Shown one piece after another: positions 14,118 to 24,432 of a stretch of 32,000 bases of DNA. Every line of letters starts with the position of its first letter. Within the stretch, counting starts at the first letter, position 1. This DNA is from Erysipelotrichaceae bacterium (GTDB lineage: Bacteria; Bacillota_I; Bacilli_A; Erysipelotrichales; Erysipelotrichaceae). The stretch is taken from NCBI GenBank assembly GCA_963663995.1, contig OY760660.1, forward strand, positions 1,916,505 through 1,948,504, written 5' to 3'. Both the position numbers and the translations under genes were made by a program. The notes beneath the pieces were generated by a model. That model was not told the origin of the DNA. It saw only the letters and a program-made list of their open reading frames with translations, and ran no database searches.

Positions 14118-16564
14118 TGGAAAAACAATTTAGAGTAAATGGGATGACGTGTGCTAGCTGTAGTGCTGCCGTCTCCCGTTCTCTTAAGAAAATTGAAGGT
14201 GTAGAAAAAGCTGATGTGAATTTAACCACAGAAAAAGTGTTGGTTGAGTTTGATCCAAAGATCAGTTTTGACACCTTGAAGTCAGCTGTTGAAAAAGCCG
14301 GCTATGGACTCGAGGAAATCAATAATCATCGCGAGATTGTCTTAGATGTTGAAGGTATGACTTGTGCGTCCTGTTCAGCTGCAATCGAGCGAAAATTAAG
14401 TAAACAAGAGGGTGTAGAAAAAATCCAAGTGAACTTGGCAACTAACACTGCATCTTTAAAATATGATCCTTCAAAAGTTAAATTATCTGAACTTGAGAAA
14501 GTGGTCGATAAAATTGGGTATCACATTAGTGAACAGGAAAAGAATAAAGATTTAAGTGAAGAAGAACGCAAAAAAATAGCTCACTATAAAGATATGACTT
14601 TCCGTCTAATCTTAGCCGTAAGTTTTGCAGTACCACTTCTTTATTTAACTTTTGGGCATATGGTGCCTTCTGTTAAAGTACCATTACCAGACTTTCTTAA
14701 TCATCATATGTATCCATTGAATTTTGCTTTAGCACAAGTAGTTCTATCAATCCCAATTTTATATGCGGGTCGTAAGTTCTTTAGTGTAGGATTTAAAACT
14801 TTGAAGAGTTTATCACCAAATATGGATAGTCTAGTTGCGATTGGGACAGGTTCTGCTTTTCTGTATGGATTATACGCAACGATCCAAATCGCTAGTGGAA
14901 AAGTTGAATGGGTTAACTCACTCTACTTTGAATCAGCTGGTGTGGTCATTACCTTAATATTACTTGGGAAATGGTTAGAAGAAAGATCTAAAGCTAAAAC
15001 ATCACAGGCGATTCAAAAATTAATGGAGTTATCACCAAAGACAGCTCATTTAGTTAAAGGTGATGAAGTCATTGATGTTCGTTTAGAAGAAATTTTACAC
15101 GATGATATTATTTTAGTTAAACCTGGTGAAAAGATTCCTGTTGATGGATTTGTTATAGACGGACTGTCATCTGTTGATGAAAGTTTAATCTCAGGTGAAT
15201 CACTACCAATTGAAAAAACAATCGATTCTAAAGTATTAGGTGGATCGATTAACACATATGGTTCCTTTAAATTTAAAGCGAGTGCTGTAGGTGAAGAAAC
15301 AGCTTTAGCTCAAATTATTAAGTTAGTAGAAGATGCGCAAGCTCAAAAAGCACCAATTGCTGCTTTAGCTGATAAAATCTCTGGTGTTTTTGTTCCAGTG
15401 GTTATGGTTATTGCCCTCATTAGTGCTGGAATTTGGTTTATGGTTGGCAAGGATTTCAATTTTGTTTTGAATATCTTTGTATCTATTTTAGTTATTGCTT
15501 GTCCATGTGCCTTAGGTTTAGCAACTCCAACTGCTATTTTGGTTGGTTCTGGTCGTGGAGCTGGTTTAGGAATCCTCTTTAAAGGCGGTGAAGCTTTAGA
15601 GAATACACAAGCCGTCGATACGATTCTATTAGATAAAACAGGTACTCTTACGGAAGGTAAGATGAGATTAACTGATCTAATTTCAAAAAACTTAGATGAT
15701 CAACTATTCCTACAACTTGTTGCTTCAGCTGAAGTAAATTCTGAGCATCCTATCGCAAAAGCAATTGTTAATGCAGCTAAAGAAAAAGACATTAAAATGA
15801 TTAAAACGGATTCCTTTGAAGCTGTTGCTGGTAAAGGTTTAAGTGCGAAAATTAATGGTCAAACTATCTTTATTGGTAATGATAAATTGATGCTAGAAAA
15901 TGATATCAAATTAGATTTAGAAGCTGATACTCTATCAAAGCAGGGTAAGACGGTCTTACATGTTGTGGTTGATAATCAATATGCTGGTTATATGGCTGTC
16001 GCTGATACACTAAAAGAAAATAGTGCGAAAGCAATTGCTGAATTAAAACGTTTAGGCTTACAAACCATTATGGTAACAGGTGATAATAAACAAACAGCTG
16101 AACATATTGCTGCACAACTGAATTTAGATAAAGTTTACGCAGAAGTATTACCACAAGATAAAGCTTCTGTAGTCGAAGAATTACAAGCTGCTGGTAGAAA
16201 TGTTGCCATGGTTGGTGATGGCATCAATGATGCGGTTGCCTTAACTTTAGCGAATGTTGGTATCGCGATTGGAACAGGCACAGATGTGGCGATGGAAAGT
16301 GCTGATGTAGTCTTGATGCATTCTGATGTCTTTGACATCGTTGATGCAATTCATCTGTCAAAAGCAACTCTTAGAAACATTAAGCAAAATTTATTCTGGG
16401 CTTTCATATATAATATTATTGGCATTCCATTTGCAGCAGGTATATTTTATGCTTTAGGTGGAGTATTATTGAACCCTGTTATTGCTGGAAGTGCAATGGC
16501 TATGAGTTCAGTTTCAGTGGTAAGTAATGCCTTAAGACTACGTACCTTAAAGTGGAGGAAATAA
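14117..16564 (+). CDS. copA: Copper-translocating P1B-type ATPase
   Basis: Two N-terminal HMA domains (GMTCASC twice), the TM CPC motif (ACPCALGLATP), DKTGTLT phosphorylation site and the GDGINDA hinge. Confidence 0.95.
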   Translation: MEKQFRVNGMTCASCSAAVSRSLKKIEGVEKADVNLTTEKVLVEFDPKISFDTLKSAVEKAGYGLEEINNHREIVLDVEGMTCASCSAAIERKLSKQEGVEKIQVNLATNTASLKYDPSKVKLSELEKVVDKIGYHISEQEKNKDLSEEERKKIAHYKDMTFRLILAVSFAVPLLYLTFGHMVPSVKVPLPDFLNHHMYPLNFALAQVVLSIPILYAGRKFFSVGFKTLKSLSPNMDSLVAIGTGSAFLYGLYATIQIASGKVEWVNSLYFESAGVVITLILLGKWLEERSKAKTSQAIQKLMELSPKTAHLVKGDEVIDVRLEEILHDDIILVKPGEKIPVDGFVIDGLSSVDESLISGESLPIEKTIDSKVLGGSINTYGSFKFKASAVGEETALAQIIKLVEDAQAQKAPIAALADKISGVFVPVVMVIALISAGIWFMVGKDFNFVLNIFVSILVIACPCALGLATPTAILVGSGRGAGLGILFKGGEALENTQAVDTILLDKTGTLTEGKMRLTDLISKNLDDQLFLQLVASAEVNSEHPIAKAIVNAAKEKDIKMIKTDSFEAVAGKGLSAKINGQTIFIGNDKLMLENDIKLDLEADTLSKQGKTVLHVVVDNQYAGYMAVADTLKENSAKAIAELKRLGLQTIMVTGDNKQTAEHIAAQLNLDKVYAEVLPQDKASVVEELQAAGRNVAMVGDGINDAVALTLANVGIAIGTGTDVAMESADVVLMHSDVFDIVDAIHLSKATLRNIKQNLFWAFIYNIIGIPFAAGIFYALGGVLLNPVIAGSAMAMSSVSVVSNALRLRTLKWRK

Positions 16565-16565
16565 G

Positions 16566-16844
16566 ATGAAACATACGCATCGAGATGATTCGATTCAGAA
16601 AGATTTAAATGTTCGTTTAAATCGTTTAGAAGGACAAATTCGAGGTATTAGAGGCATGCTTGAAAATGAAGCGTATTGTGATGATATCTTAGTTCAAGTC
16701 GCAGCGATAAAATCAGCCTTAGATGCGTTTGGTATGAAATTATTTGAAGACCATGTCCATCACTGTGTTGTTCGTGATATAAAAAATGATGACCCTGAGA
16801 TCATCGATGAATTATTCACTAGTATTAAACGTTTAAGCCGTTAA
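16566..16844 (+). CDS. csoR: Copper-sensing transcriptional repressor CsoR
   Basis: 92 aa CsoR/RcnR family protein: RLNRLEGQIRGIRGM, with Cys (YCDD) and His/Cys (HVHHC) ligand positions. Confidence 0.9.
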   Translation: MKHTHRDDSIQKDLNVRLNRLEGQIRGIRGMLENEAYCDDILVQVAAIKSALDAFGMKLFEDHVHHCVVRDIKNDDPEIIDELFTSIKRLSR

Positions 16845-16867
16845 GTCCTCAATGAGGACTTTTTTTA
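16844..16867 (+). terminator. Rho-independent terminator after csoR
   Basis: AGTCCT-caatg-AGGACT followed by T7. It overlaps the stop of the convergent HIT gene. Confidence 0.8.
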
Positions 16868-17263
16868 TAGCTTTATACTTTCTTTTTGTTCTTGTGACAA
16901 TTTATAGTCATCATTTGGATTGAAGTGACAATCTAAACCATCACCTGAAATATATCTTGGAATAAGATGGAAATGTACATGGAAAACTGATTGACCTGCA
17001 ATCTCTTTCGCATTAGATAAGAAATTATAACCATTTGGTTTGAGTTCTTCATCATATTTCTTAACCAATAACTTAGCCACACCATGACAGCGTGCTGTTA
17101 ATTCACTAGAAACTTGCGTAAAGTCATCATAATGTTTTTTAGGAATAATCAAGGTATGCCCCTTTGAAGTAGGGTTAATATCCAAGAAAGCTAAAACATG
17201 TTCATCCTCATAAACACTATCACTTGGTATTTCATGATTGGCAATTTTACAAAATAAGCACAT
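16865..17263 (-). CDS. HIT (histidine triad) family protein
   Basis: 132 aa with the histidine triad HVHFHLIPR and the N-terminus CLFCKI. Confidence 0.9.
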   Translation of the reverse strand: MCLFCKIANHEIPSDSVYEDEHVLAFLDINPTSKGHTLIIPKKHYDDFTQVSSELTARCHGVAKLLVKKYDEELKPNGYNFLSNAKEIAGQSVFHVHFHLIPRYISGDGLDCHFNPNDDYKLSQEQKESIKL

Positions 17264-17286
17264 AAGTAGATCCTCGCTTTTAACTA

Positions 17287-17694
17287 TTATACATGTGTTT
17301 TTCGCATGAAATAGAGATTATCAAATTTTTCTGTAAATCCCCATTTTTCATAAAAAGGGATCATTTCGTCAGTACATACGAGTTCAACATGTTTAATATC
17401 TTTAATTTTAGGATGAGTCACGATTGAATTAAATAAGCTATGTCCTAAGTTTTTCTTACGAAACTTTTCATCAATCACAACATCCATAATTAGTGCTTTG
17501 AAGACACTATCAGTTAATACCCGAGAAAAGCCAAGAAGGTCATTTGAATCATTGACAAGTCCAAATACTAAACAGTTCGTTAATGACTTTTTTACATCTT
17601 CTATGGATCTGTTTTTAGCCCACCAACATTGTTGATAAAGATCCATTAATTGATGGAAGTGATGTTCATCTAGTTTTTCGATAACTTGAAACAT
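17287..17694 (-). CDS. GNAT family N-acetyltransferase
   Basis: 135 aa with a motif-A-like region VVIDEKFRKKNLGHSLF. RBS AAAGGAG. Confidence 0.7.
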   Translation of the reverse strand: MFQVIEKLDEHHFHQLMDLYQQCWWAKNRSIEDVKKSLTNCLVFGLVNDSNDLLGFSRVLTDSVFKALIMDVVIDEKFRKKNLGHSLFNSIVTHPKIKDIKHVELVCTDEMIPFYEKWGFTEKFDNLYFMRKTHV

Positions 17695-17737
17695 AATATG
17701 ACTCCTTTATTTGGTTCAATTTTAACAAAATTTGCGA

Positions 17738-17763
17738 TAAAAAAACCGTGTATGAACACGGTT
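17738..17763 (-). terminator. Rho-independent terminator after the lipoprotein gene
   Basis: Minus strand AAACCGTGT-tcat-ACACGGTTT followed by a T-run. Confidence 0.8.
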
Positions 17764-18617
17764 TAGTCTGCTAAGTAATTTGGGAAAGAAAGAATGAATT
17801 GATCATAAATGCTCTTGTCATAAAGGGTGAAACCATTTCTGATAAAGGCATCTTCTAAAGCCATTTCAATAAATGTTGTATCGAAACCAAAAGCACTTAC
17901 AACATCATCTTCAATCTTATTTGGATCAGCTACAGTGATTTGTACAATATAGTTTGTCGCATTATCAGTATCTGGAAGGATAGGTGATAAAGTTGGAGAA
18001 ACCTGTGTATTCATCCAAGTGAGGACGACAGATGGTAAATCAGAAGCAGTATACACTAGTTCTTCATCTCCAGGATAAGCGCTTGTTGTATATTGGCTAG
18101 CAACAGTTGTAAAGTCACTACCAGATTGGATAGCTGCTAAGGCAGCATCGGCTAAGTCTGAATCAGATACTTCAATAAGTCGAATCATTTTTGGTAAGTA
18201 GTTATTGCTGATTTCAACATAATTATCTCTTAAATATTTTTCAACTAAGATATCTTGTTGAAGGGTAGGAAGAATACCGTTATTGTAGTAATCATCCATA
18301 TCTTTATAACCATAGTATTGAAGATATACATCAGCATTCTCACCCATGGTTTCTTGGAAATTTGATAATTCAAGTTGTGCTTCAGCAATCATTTCAGCTG
18401 TTTGTTCAACTTCTGCATTTAAGATGACTTGAGTGGCCATTTGTTTAACAATTCCAGCTGCATCTTGAGCAATTAAAGCGGTATAGACTTCTTCATTTGT
18501 AATCTCAGTACCACCAACACTAATGAGGGCACTGTCTTTATCACTGACTTCAGTTGTGACATTACCACAAGCTGTTAAAGTTAATGAAACGAGTAGAGTT
18601 AATAATAGTTTTTTCAT
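17763..18617 (-). CDS. PrsA/SurA-like lipoprotein with degenerate parvulin-like domain
   Basis: Lipobox signal MKKLLLTLLVSLTLTAC-G. The N-terminal region is paralogous to the upstream gene (ISVGGTEITNEEVYTALI vs VFSVAGTDVSTDEVYGQLY). The parvulin-like segment (MIRLIEVSD...SGSDFTTVASQY...) lacks the conserved His/GYH residues. Confidence 0.6.
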   Translation of the reverse strand: MKKLLLTLLVSLTLTACGNVTTEVSDKDSALISVGGTEITNEEVYTALIAQDAAGIVKQMATQVILNAEVEQTAEMIAEAQLELSNFQETMGENADVYLQYYGYKDMDDYYNNGILPTLQQDILVEKYLRDNYVEISNNYLPKMIRLIEVSDSDLADAALAAIQSGSDFTTVASQYTTSAYPGDEELVYTASDLPSVVLTWMNTQVSPTLSPILPDTDNATNYIVQITVADPNKIEDDVVSAFGFDTTFIEMALEDAFIRNGFTLYDKSIYDQFILSFPNYLAD

Positions 18618-18619
18618 GA

Positions 18620-19603
18620 TTATTCAGCCTCCTCAATACCCATATAAGTTAAGATTTCTGCTTTTAATTCATCATTACCGCCAAAATCAACGCCGATTTC
18701 TTGAGCTTTATCCCATAAAACAGTTTGGGTAAGGCTTGTATCAGAATTAATAATCGCATCATAGAATTCTTGGTATTCTTTGAAGGTATCAATAGACATT
18801 GAATCTAAACGAATGAGGTGATAACCATAAGATGTTTGTACCCATTCACTCACTTGACCTTCTTCAGATAGTGTTAAAGCGGCATCTAAGAACTCAGTGA
18901 CAAATTGAGTTGTGGAATCCATATAACCTAAATTCCCACCTAAAGCATTGTTGGATGTATCATCTGAATAAGTTGTGACCATTTCCTCAAAACTTAAGCC
19001 ATCTTCCCAAGCTGTTTTCGCTGCTTCGAAACGTTCTGTTTCTTCAGCAGTTGGATTAGCTGGATCATCCATCATCACAAGTACATGTGAAATAACACGT
19101 GGTTGATAGGTTTCTGCAAATGCATCATAGAGTGTATCTAAGTTAGCATCTACATAGTCATTCATCAATTGTTGGTATTTATAAGTAAATACAAAGTAGT
19201 CTTCTAAATCATCAAGTGAGTCATAACCCATTGTTTTTAAAGCATCTAATAGATACTCTTCGTAAAGGGTCTCACCATAATAATCTAAGAAGTTGGCTTT
19301 TACACCATCAATATCAACTTCAGCTTTTGTACGCATAACATCAGTTGTATCAAGTGCTGCATGGACAACAGCTCTTTCAAATAACATGTATACAACATCG
19401 ATTCCTGCTTGTTGATATAGTTGACCATACACTTCATCAGTGCTTACGTCAGTGCCTGCCACACTAAAAACGATATCTTTACCATCGACAGACTTGGATG
19501 GTAAATTATCCTTATTTTGATCATAAACAAAATAAACAACGGTTGAAACAAGTAATAAGCCAATTAAGCCAATAAACCATTGTTTCTTTAAAAAGTCGAG
19601 CAT
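18620..19603 (-). CDS. Membrane-anchored parvulin-type peptidyl-prolyl isomerase (PrsA-like foldase)
   Basis: Parvulin signature GGNLGYM...F..AA..L...GQVSEWVQTSYGYHLIRL with an N-terminal TM helix. I place the start at the ATG at 19603 (AGGAGGAG 7 nt upstream). A TTGTGT-17-TATAAT promoter lies inside the longer track ORF (start 19687). Confidence 0.8.
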   Translation of the reverse strand: MLDFLKKQWFIGLIGLLLVSTVVYFVYDQNKDNLPSKSVDGKDIVFSVAGTDVSTDEVYGQLYQQAGIDVVYMLFERAVVHAALDTTDVMRTKAEVDIDGVKANFLDYYGETLYEEYLLDALKTMGYDSLDDLEDYFVFTYKYQQLMNDYVDANLDTLYDAFAETYQPRVISHVLVMMDDPANPTAEETERFEAAKTAWEDGLSFEEMVTTYSDDTSNNALGGNLGYMDSTTQFVTEFLDAALTLSEEGQVSEWVQTSYGYHLIRLDSMSIDTFKEYQEFYDAIINSDTSLTQTVLWDKAQEIGVDFGGNDELKAEILTYMGIEEAE

Positions 19604-19631
19604 GTAAACTCCTCCTAAAACTAACATTCCT

Positions 19632-19660
19632 ATTATAATCGCGATGCCCAAAAGACACAA
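19632..19660 (-). promoter_or_regulatory. Promoter for the PrsA-like/lipoprotein/GNAT/HIT minus-strand cluster
   Basis: Minus strand TTGTGT (19660-19655), 17-nt spacer, TATAAT (19637-19632). Confidence 0.45.
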
Positions 19661-19702
19661 GGTAAACAGTGGGGCATGATGTCCCAATAAGGACTTTAAG
19701 CA

Positions 19703-19711
19703 TGTTATAAT
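19703..19711 (+). promoter_or_regulatory. Extended -10 promoter (TGtTATAAT) for the suf operon
   Basis: TGtTATAAT lies 37 nt upstream of the sufC ATG. The RBS AAAGGAG follows. Confidence 0.5.
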
Positions 19712-19748
19712 ACAAACGTTTCACAAGTATAAAGGAGACTACAAACAT

Positions 19749-20588
19749 ATGGCTTTATTAGAAATTAAAAATCTACATGTCGAAATCGAAGGCAGAGAGA
19801 TTTTAAAAGGTATAAATTTGTCCTTAAATGAAGGAGAAATTCATGCCATTATGGGACCTAATGGTCATGGTAAATCAACTTTACTAGCCGCTATCATGGG
19901 CCACCCTAAATATACAGTAACTCAAGGTTCAGTAACGTTTGATGGAAAAGATGTTTTAGCCATGGAAGTTAATGAACGCGCACAAGCAGGTTTATTTTTA
20001 GGGATGCAATATCCAATGGAAATCTCTGGTGTCTCAAATTCAGATTTTATGAAAGCTGCATTAAACACTAGACGCGCAGAACCTATTCCACTCTTTAGTT
20101 TTATTCGTAAACTAGAAGGTGCTATCAGTGAATTAGAAATGAAATCAAACTTAGCTCATCGTTATGTCAATGAAGGTTTTTCTGGTGGTGAGAAGAAACG
20201 TAATGAAATTTTACAAATGATTTTACTAGAACCGAAACTAGCGATGTTAGATGAAATTGATTCAGGGCTAGATGTAGATGCATTAAAGATTGTCGCAAAA
20301 GCAATTAATGAACAAGCTAAAAAAGCGAATACAACTTTAATGTTAGTATCCCATTATGAACGTTTCTACCAACTTGTTCAACCGACCCATGCCCATATCA
20401 TTATTGAGGGTGTAATTGTCTATGAAGGTGGAAAAGAACTTGTTACTAAGATTGATGAACAAGGTTATAACTGGCTTCAAGATGAATTAGGGATCGAAAT
20501 TAAAGATCAAGAAGCAGAAGTAACAACAACTACAGTCGGTTCATTAGGAACATGTGCCGTTAAAGATTGGGGAGATGCGAGTGTCTAA
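19749..20588 (+). CDS. sufC: Fe-S cluster assembly ATPase SufC
   Basis: Walker A GPNGHGKST, ABC signature FSGGEKKR and Walker B LAMLDEIDSGLD. It also has a C-terminal extension that looks ~25 aa longer than the ~260-aa B. subtilis SufC I recall. Confidence 0.95.
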   Translation: MALLEIKNLHVEIEGREILKGINLSLNEGEIHAIMGPNGHGKSTLLAAIMGHPKYTVTQGSVTFDGKDVLAMEVNERAQAGLFLGMQYPMEISGVSNSDFMKAALNTRRAEPIPLFSFIRKLEGAISELEMKSNLAHRYVNEGFSGGEKKRNEILQMILLEPKLAMLDEIDSGLDVDALKIVAKAINEQAKKANTTLMLVSHYERFYQLVQPTHAHIIIEGVIVYEGGKELVTKIDEQGYNWLQDELGIEIKDQEAEVTTTTVGSLGTCAVKDWGDASV

Positions 20589-21357
20589 TTCAATTGAAAA
20601 ATTGACACATGTAGTTGATGGGAATAGTCCGTTAAATATTGTTTCTTTAAAAGATGCTCAACAAGATTTCATTGTTGAAATATCTGGTGAAGGTGAATGT
20701 GATATTGATTTAACCATTAGTGATCATTCAAAAGTAAATCTATTCTTTATCAATACAGGTCAAAACTTAAAACTAAAGGAAACGATTACGCTAAAACGTG
20801 ATAGTGAACTCAATATCTCTTATGCGGATTTTAATGATGCTCAATTAGAAAGAGATGCCAATTTTATCTTTGAAAAAGAAGGTGCTGTCTGTCATCTAAA
20901 AAGTGCTGTCTTAGTTCAATCTGACAAACGCATTAAATATAATTTTGATCATGTTGCTCGTAATACCTATGGGGACATGGAAAATTTCGCGGTTACGTTT
21001 GATGAAGGTAGTTTAGTCATGCATGCAGCTGGTCATATTGGCAAGAATGCAGCATTATCAGAAACGCATCAAAGTACGCGTGTATTAAATTACAACTCAA
21101 CTAAAAAAGCTCAAGTATTTCCTGAACTAATTATTGAAAACAATGATGTTAAGGCAAGTCACGCAGAAAGTAGTGGTCAAGTTAACTCTGATCATTTATA
21201 TTACATGCAATCACGTGGTTTAAGTACTGGTGATGCTGTTCGATTAATTGTAAAAGGTTATTTATCAAGTATATTAGATGCCATCAAAGATGAAGAATTA
21301 CATGATAAACTCATGTTAGAAATAGATCAAAAGGTGGAGCGCGTATGTTCGATGTAA
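20554..21357 (+). CDS. sufD: Fe-S cluster assembly protein SufD (short form)
   Basis: SufBD C-terminal core: ...VKASHAESSGQVNSDHLYYMQSRGLSTGDAVRLIVKGYL. The start is uncertain. GTG at 20580, with GGGGAG 6 nt upstream, is a plausible alternative to the ATG at 20554. Confidence 0.8.
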   Translation: MPLKIGEMRVSNSIEKLTHVVDGNSPLNIVSLKDAQQDFIVEISGEGECDIDLTISDHSKVNLFFINTGQNLKLKETITLKRDSELNISYADFNDAQLERDANFIFEKEGAVCHLKSAVLVQSDKRIKYNFDHVARNTYGDMENFAVTFDEGSLVMHAAGHIGKNAALSETHQSTRVLNYNSTKKAQVFPELIIENNDVKASHAESSGQVNSDHLYYMQSRGLSTGDAVRLIVKGYLSSILDAIKDEELHDKLMLEIDQKVERVCSM

Positions 21358-22577
21358 ATAAGATAAGACAAGATTTTCCAATGTTAAAGAAAGCAGATGC
21401 ATCTGAGAATGCAGTTGCTTATTTAGACAATGCTGCCACAACATTAAAACCACAAGTGGTTGTTGATGCGATGGTTTCATATTTGACTGAAAAATCAGTC
21501 AATATACATCGTGGAGATTATGATTTGTCTTATCAAGTTTCAGAAGAATACGAACAAGCCCGCAAAACAATCGCTCGTTTTTTAAATGCTGAAGAAAAAG
21601 AAGTTGTTTTCACTTCTGGTGCTTCAGCTTCTTTGAATTTAGTTGCTTATGGTTGGGGACAAACTTTCTTAAAAGAAGGTGATGTCATTTTGTCATCTGA
21701 AGCTGAACATGCTTCTAACATCCTTCCATGGATGAAAGCAGCTGAAGAAACAGGTGCGATTATTGAATATATTGAACTCACTGAAGAAGGTGAGTTAACC
21801 ATTGAAAACTTTAAGAAAGCTATGCATGACAAAGTCAAAGTGGTCGCGGTTGCACATATTACTAATGTTTTAGGTTTTATTGCCCCAATCAAGGAGATGG
21901 CAAAAATTGCTCATGAACATGGGGCGATTATTTCAGTTGATGGTGCACAATCCGTTCCTCATATTAAAACGGATGTCAAAGATTGGGATATTGATTTCTT
22001 AGCTTTCTCAGCTCATAAAATGATTGGACCAACTGGCGTAGGAATTCTATTTGGTAAATTTGAATTACTAGAAGAAATGAAACCATTTATGTTAGGTGGT
22101 GGATCGAATGCACGCTTTGACATTTGTGGGAATATCCAACTTAAAAATGCTCCCTTTAAATTTGAAGCAGGAACACCAGCAATTGAAGCTGTCTTAGGTT
22201 TCAAAGCCGCAGTTGAATACTTAGAATCCGTTGGTATGGATGTCATTGAACAAAGAGAACATGAACTGAGAGTGTATCTAGTTGAAGCACTTAAGAAGAT
22301 GGATCATGTGATTATCTACAATGAACATGCAGCAACTGGAATTGTTACCATCAATGTTAAAGATATCTTTGCACAAGATGTGGCTGTCTATCTTAACTCT
22401 AAAAATATTGCGGTACGTGCAGGTAACCACTGTGCCAAAATCTTAGTTGAACTTATTCACACAGGTGAAACTGTTCGTATTTCAATCAATTTCTACAATA
22501 CTAAAGAAGAAATTGATCGAGTCATTGAAGCACTTAAAACCATTTCATTAGAACAATGTATTGATTTGTATTTATAA
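21345..22577 (+). CDS. sufS: Cysteine desulfurase SufS
   Basis: PLP-lysine region FSAHKMIGPTGVG and the catalytic Cys loop RAGNHCA. 410 aa, class V aminotransferase. Confidence 0.95.
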   Translation: MFDVNKIRQDFPMLKKADASENAVAYLDNAATTLKPQVVVDAMVSYLTEKSVNIHRGDYDLSYQVSEEYEQARKTIARFLNAEEKEVVFTSGASASLNLVAYGWGQTFLKEGDVILSSEAEHASNILPWMKAAEETGAIIEYIELTEEGELTIENFKKAMHDKVKVVAVAHITNVLGFIAPIKEMAKIAHEHGAIISVDGAQSVPHIKTDVKDWDIDFLAFSAHKMIGPTGVGILFGKFELLEEMKPFMLGGGSNARFDICGNIQLKNAPFKFEAGTPAIEAVLGFKAAVEYLESVGMDVIEQREHELRVYLVEALKKMDHVIIYNEHAATGIVTINVKDIFAQDVAVYLNSKNIAVRAGNHCAKILVELIHTGETVRISINFYNTKEEIDRVIEALKTISLEQCIDLYL

Positions 22578-22591
22578 AAGGAGGGTAAGCT

Positions 22592-23032
22592 ATGTCAGAT
22601 TTATTGAAAGACCCAATGATTTTAAGATCAATCATCATGGATCACTATAAATACCCCCATCATCACAAACTCGTTGAAGATGAACACTATCACAGTGTAC
22701 ATATGGCTTCTGAGTCTTGTATTGATGATATTACAGTAATGGCTGAAGTTGAAAATGGAGTCATCAAAGATATTGTTTTTGATGGGGTTGCTTGTACCAT
22801 CTCGACTGCATCTACTTCGATTATGACCGATTTACTTCGTGGTAAAACGGTTGAAGAAGCACAAGCTTTAATTACTGAATACTACAACATGATTGATCTT
22901 AAATCTTATGATGAAGAAAAACTGCAAGAAGCAGTGGCTTTTTATCAAGTAGGAAAACAAGCAAACCGCATAAAATGCGCAACCATTGGTTTTAAAGCCA
23001 TGGAACAAATCTTAAAGGAGGTTGAAGAATGA
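22592..23032 (+). CDS. sufU: Fe-S cluster assembly sulfur-acceptor/scaffold SufU
   Basis: 146 aa NifU N-terminal-like protein with conserved Cys in ESCIDDI, GVACTIS and IKCATIG. RBS AAGGAGGG. Confidence 0.9.
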   Translation: MSDLLKDPMILRSIIMDHYKYPHHHKLVEDEHYHSVHMASESCIDDITVMAEVENGVIKDIVFDGVACTISTASTSIMTDLLRGKTVEEAQALITEYYNMIDLKSYDEEKLQEAVAFYQVGKQANRIKCATIGFKAMEQILKEVEE

Positions 23033-24432
23033 GTCAAAAAGACCAACTACCTGAGTTAGAGTATCAATACGGCTTTAAAGATAAAGACGTCTCAATATAT
23101 AGAACTAAGAAAGGGATTAATCCTGAAATTGTTAAGGAAATCTCTGCGATTAAAAAAGAACCTGAATGGATGACTGAATTCCGTTTAAAATCTTATGAAA
23201 TGTTCATGAAAAAAGATTTACCAAAATGGGGTCCTGATTTAACAAGTTTAAACTTTGATGATTATACTTATTACATTCGCCCATCTGAAAAGATGATGAA
23301 TGACTGGAATGATGTACCTGAAACCATTAAAAATACTTTTGATCGTTTAGGATTACCTGAAGCTGAAAAGAAATTCTTAGCAGGTGTAGCTACTCAATAC
23401 GAATCAGAAATGGTTTATCACAATATGTTAGAAGAAGTTGAGGAAAAAGGTGTTATCTTTACAGATCCGGATACTGGACTTAGAGAACATCCTGAAATTT
23501 TCAAAAAATACTTTGGGACTATTGTGCCTTATTCAGACAATAAGTTTGCCGCATTAAATTCAGCTGTTTGGAGTGGTGGATCCTTTATCTATGTTCCACC
23601 TGGTGTAAAACTAGATAAACCTTTACAATCTTATTTCCGTATTAACTCTGAACAAATGGGTCAATTTGAACGTACGCTTATCATCGTTGATGAGGGTGCT
23701 GATGTTCATTATGTAGAAGGCTGTACTGCGCCTGTTTACTCAAAAGACAGTCTACATGCAGCAGTTGTTGAAATTATTGTCCATAAAAATGCAAAATGCC
23801 GTTATACAACGATTCAAAACTGGTCAAACAACGTTATGAACTTAGTAACCAAACGTGCATATGTTGAAGAGAATGGTGTGATGGAATGGATTGATGGAAA
23901 CATTGGTTCTCATGTCACAATGAAGTATCCAACCTGTATTTTAGCGGGTGAAGGCGCACGCGGTATGACCATTTCGATTGCGGTCGCATCAAGCATTAAC
24001 CAAATTCAAGATGCTGGCGCAAAAATGGTACATTTAGCTCCCAACACCCATTCAAATATTATTTCTAAATCAGTCGGTCGTCATGGTGGAACAGTTAACT
24101 ATCGTGGACTCGTCCAACATAGTGGTAAAGCAATAGGTGCATTCTCTAAAGTAGAGTGTGATACCTTGCTTCTAGATACTGAATCAAAATCAGATACATT
24201 ACCAAACAACATCACTTATACACCAAGATCAACCATTGAACATGAAGCGACTGTTTCAAAAGTATCTGAAGATCAACTCTTCTACTTAATGAGTCGTGGA
24301 TTAAATCGTTCTCAAGCATTAGAAACGATTGTTATGGGCTTCTTAGAACCATTTACACGTGAACTTCCAATGGAATATGCAGTTGAGTTAAATCAACTGA
24401 TGAGTCTAGAAATGGAAGGTAGTGTTGGTTAG
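23029..24432 (+). CDS. sufB: Fe-S cluster assembly protein SufB
   Basis: 467 aa with the SufB core [23 protein letters not shown]...[21 protein letters not shown]. Confidence 0.95.
   Translation: MSQKDQLPELEYQYGFKDKDVSIYRTKKGINPEIVKEISAIKKEPEWMTEFRLKSYEMFMKKDLPKWGPDLTSLNFDDYTYYIRPSEKMMNDWNDVPETIKNTFDRLGLPEAEKKFLAGVATQYESEMVYHNMLEEVEEKGVIFTDPDTGLREHPEIFKKYFGTIVPYSDNKFAALNSAVWSGGSFIYVPPGVKLDKPLQSYFRINSEQMGQFERTLIIVDEGADVHYVEGCTAPVYSKDSLHAAVVEIIVHKNAKCRYTTIQNWSNNVMNLVTKRAYVEENGVMEWIDGNIGSHVTMKYPTCILAGEGARGMTISIAVASSINQIQDAGAKMVHLAPNTHSNIISKSVGRHGGTVNYRGLVQHSGKAIGAFSKVECDTLLLDTESKSDTLPNNITYTPRSTIEHEATVSKVSEDQLFYLMSRGLNRSQALETIVMGFLEPFTRELPMEYAVELNQLMSLEMEGSVG

Noticed and set aside
19706-19725. 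Possible PerR/Fur or Rex box near the suf promoter (TTATAATA, AAACGTTT, TTGTGAAA on the minus strand)
   Set aside because: Only half-site matches are present. The second halves do not fit the TTATAATNATTATAA or TTGTGAAN4TTCACAA consensus.
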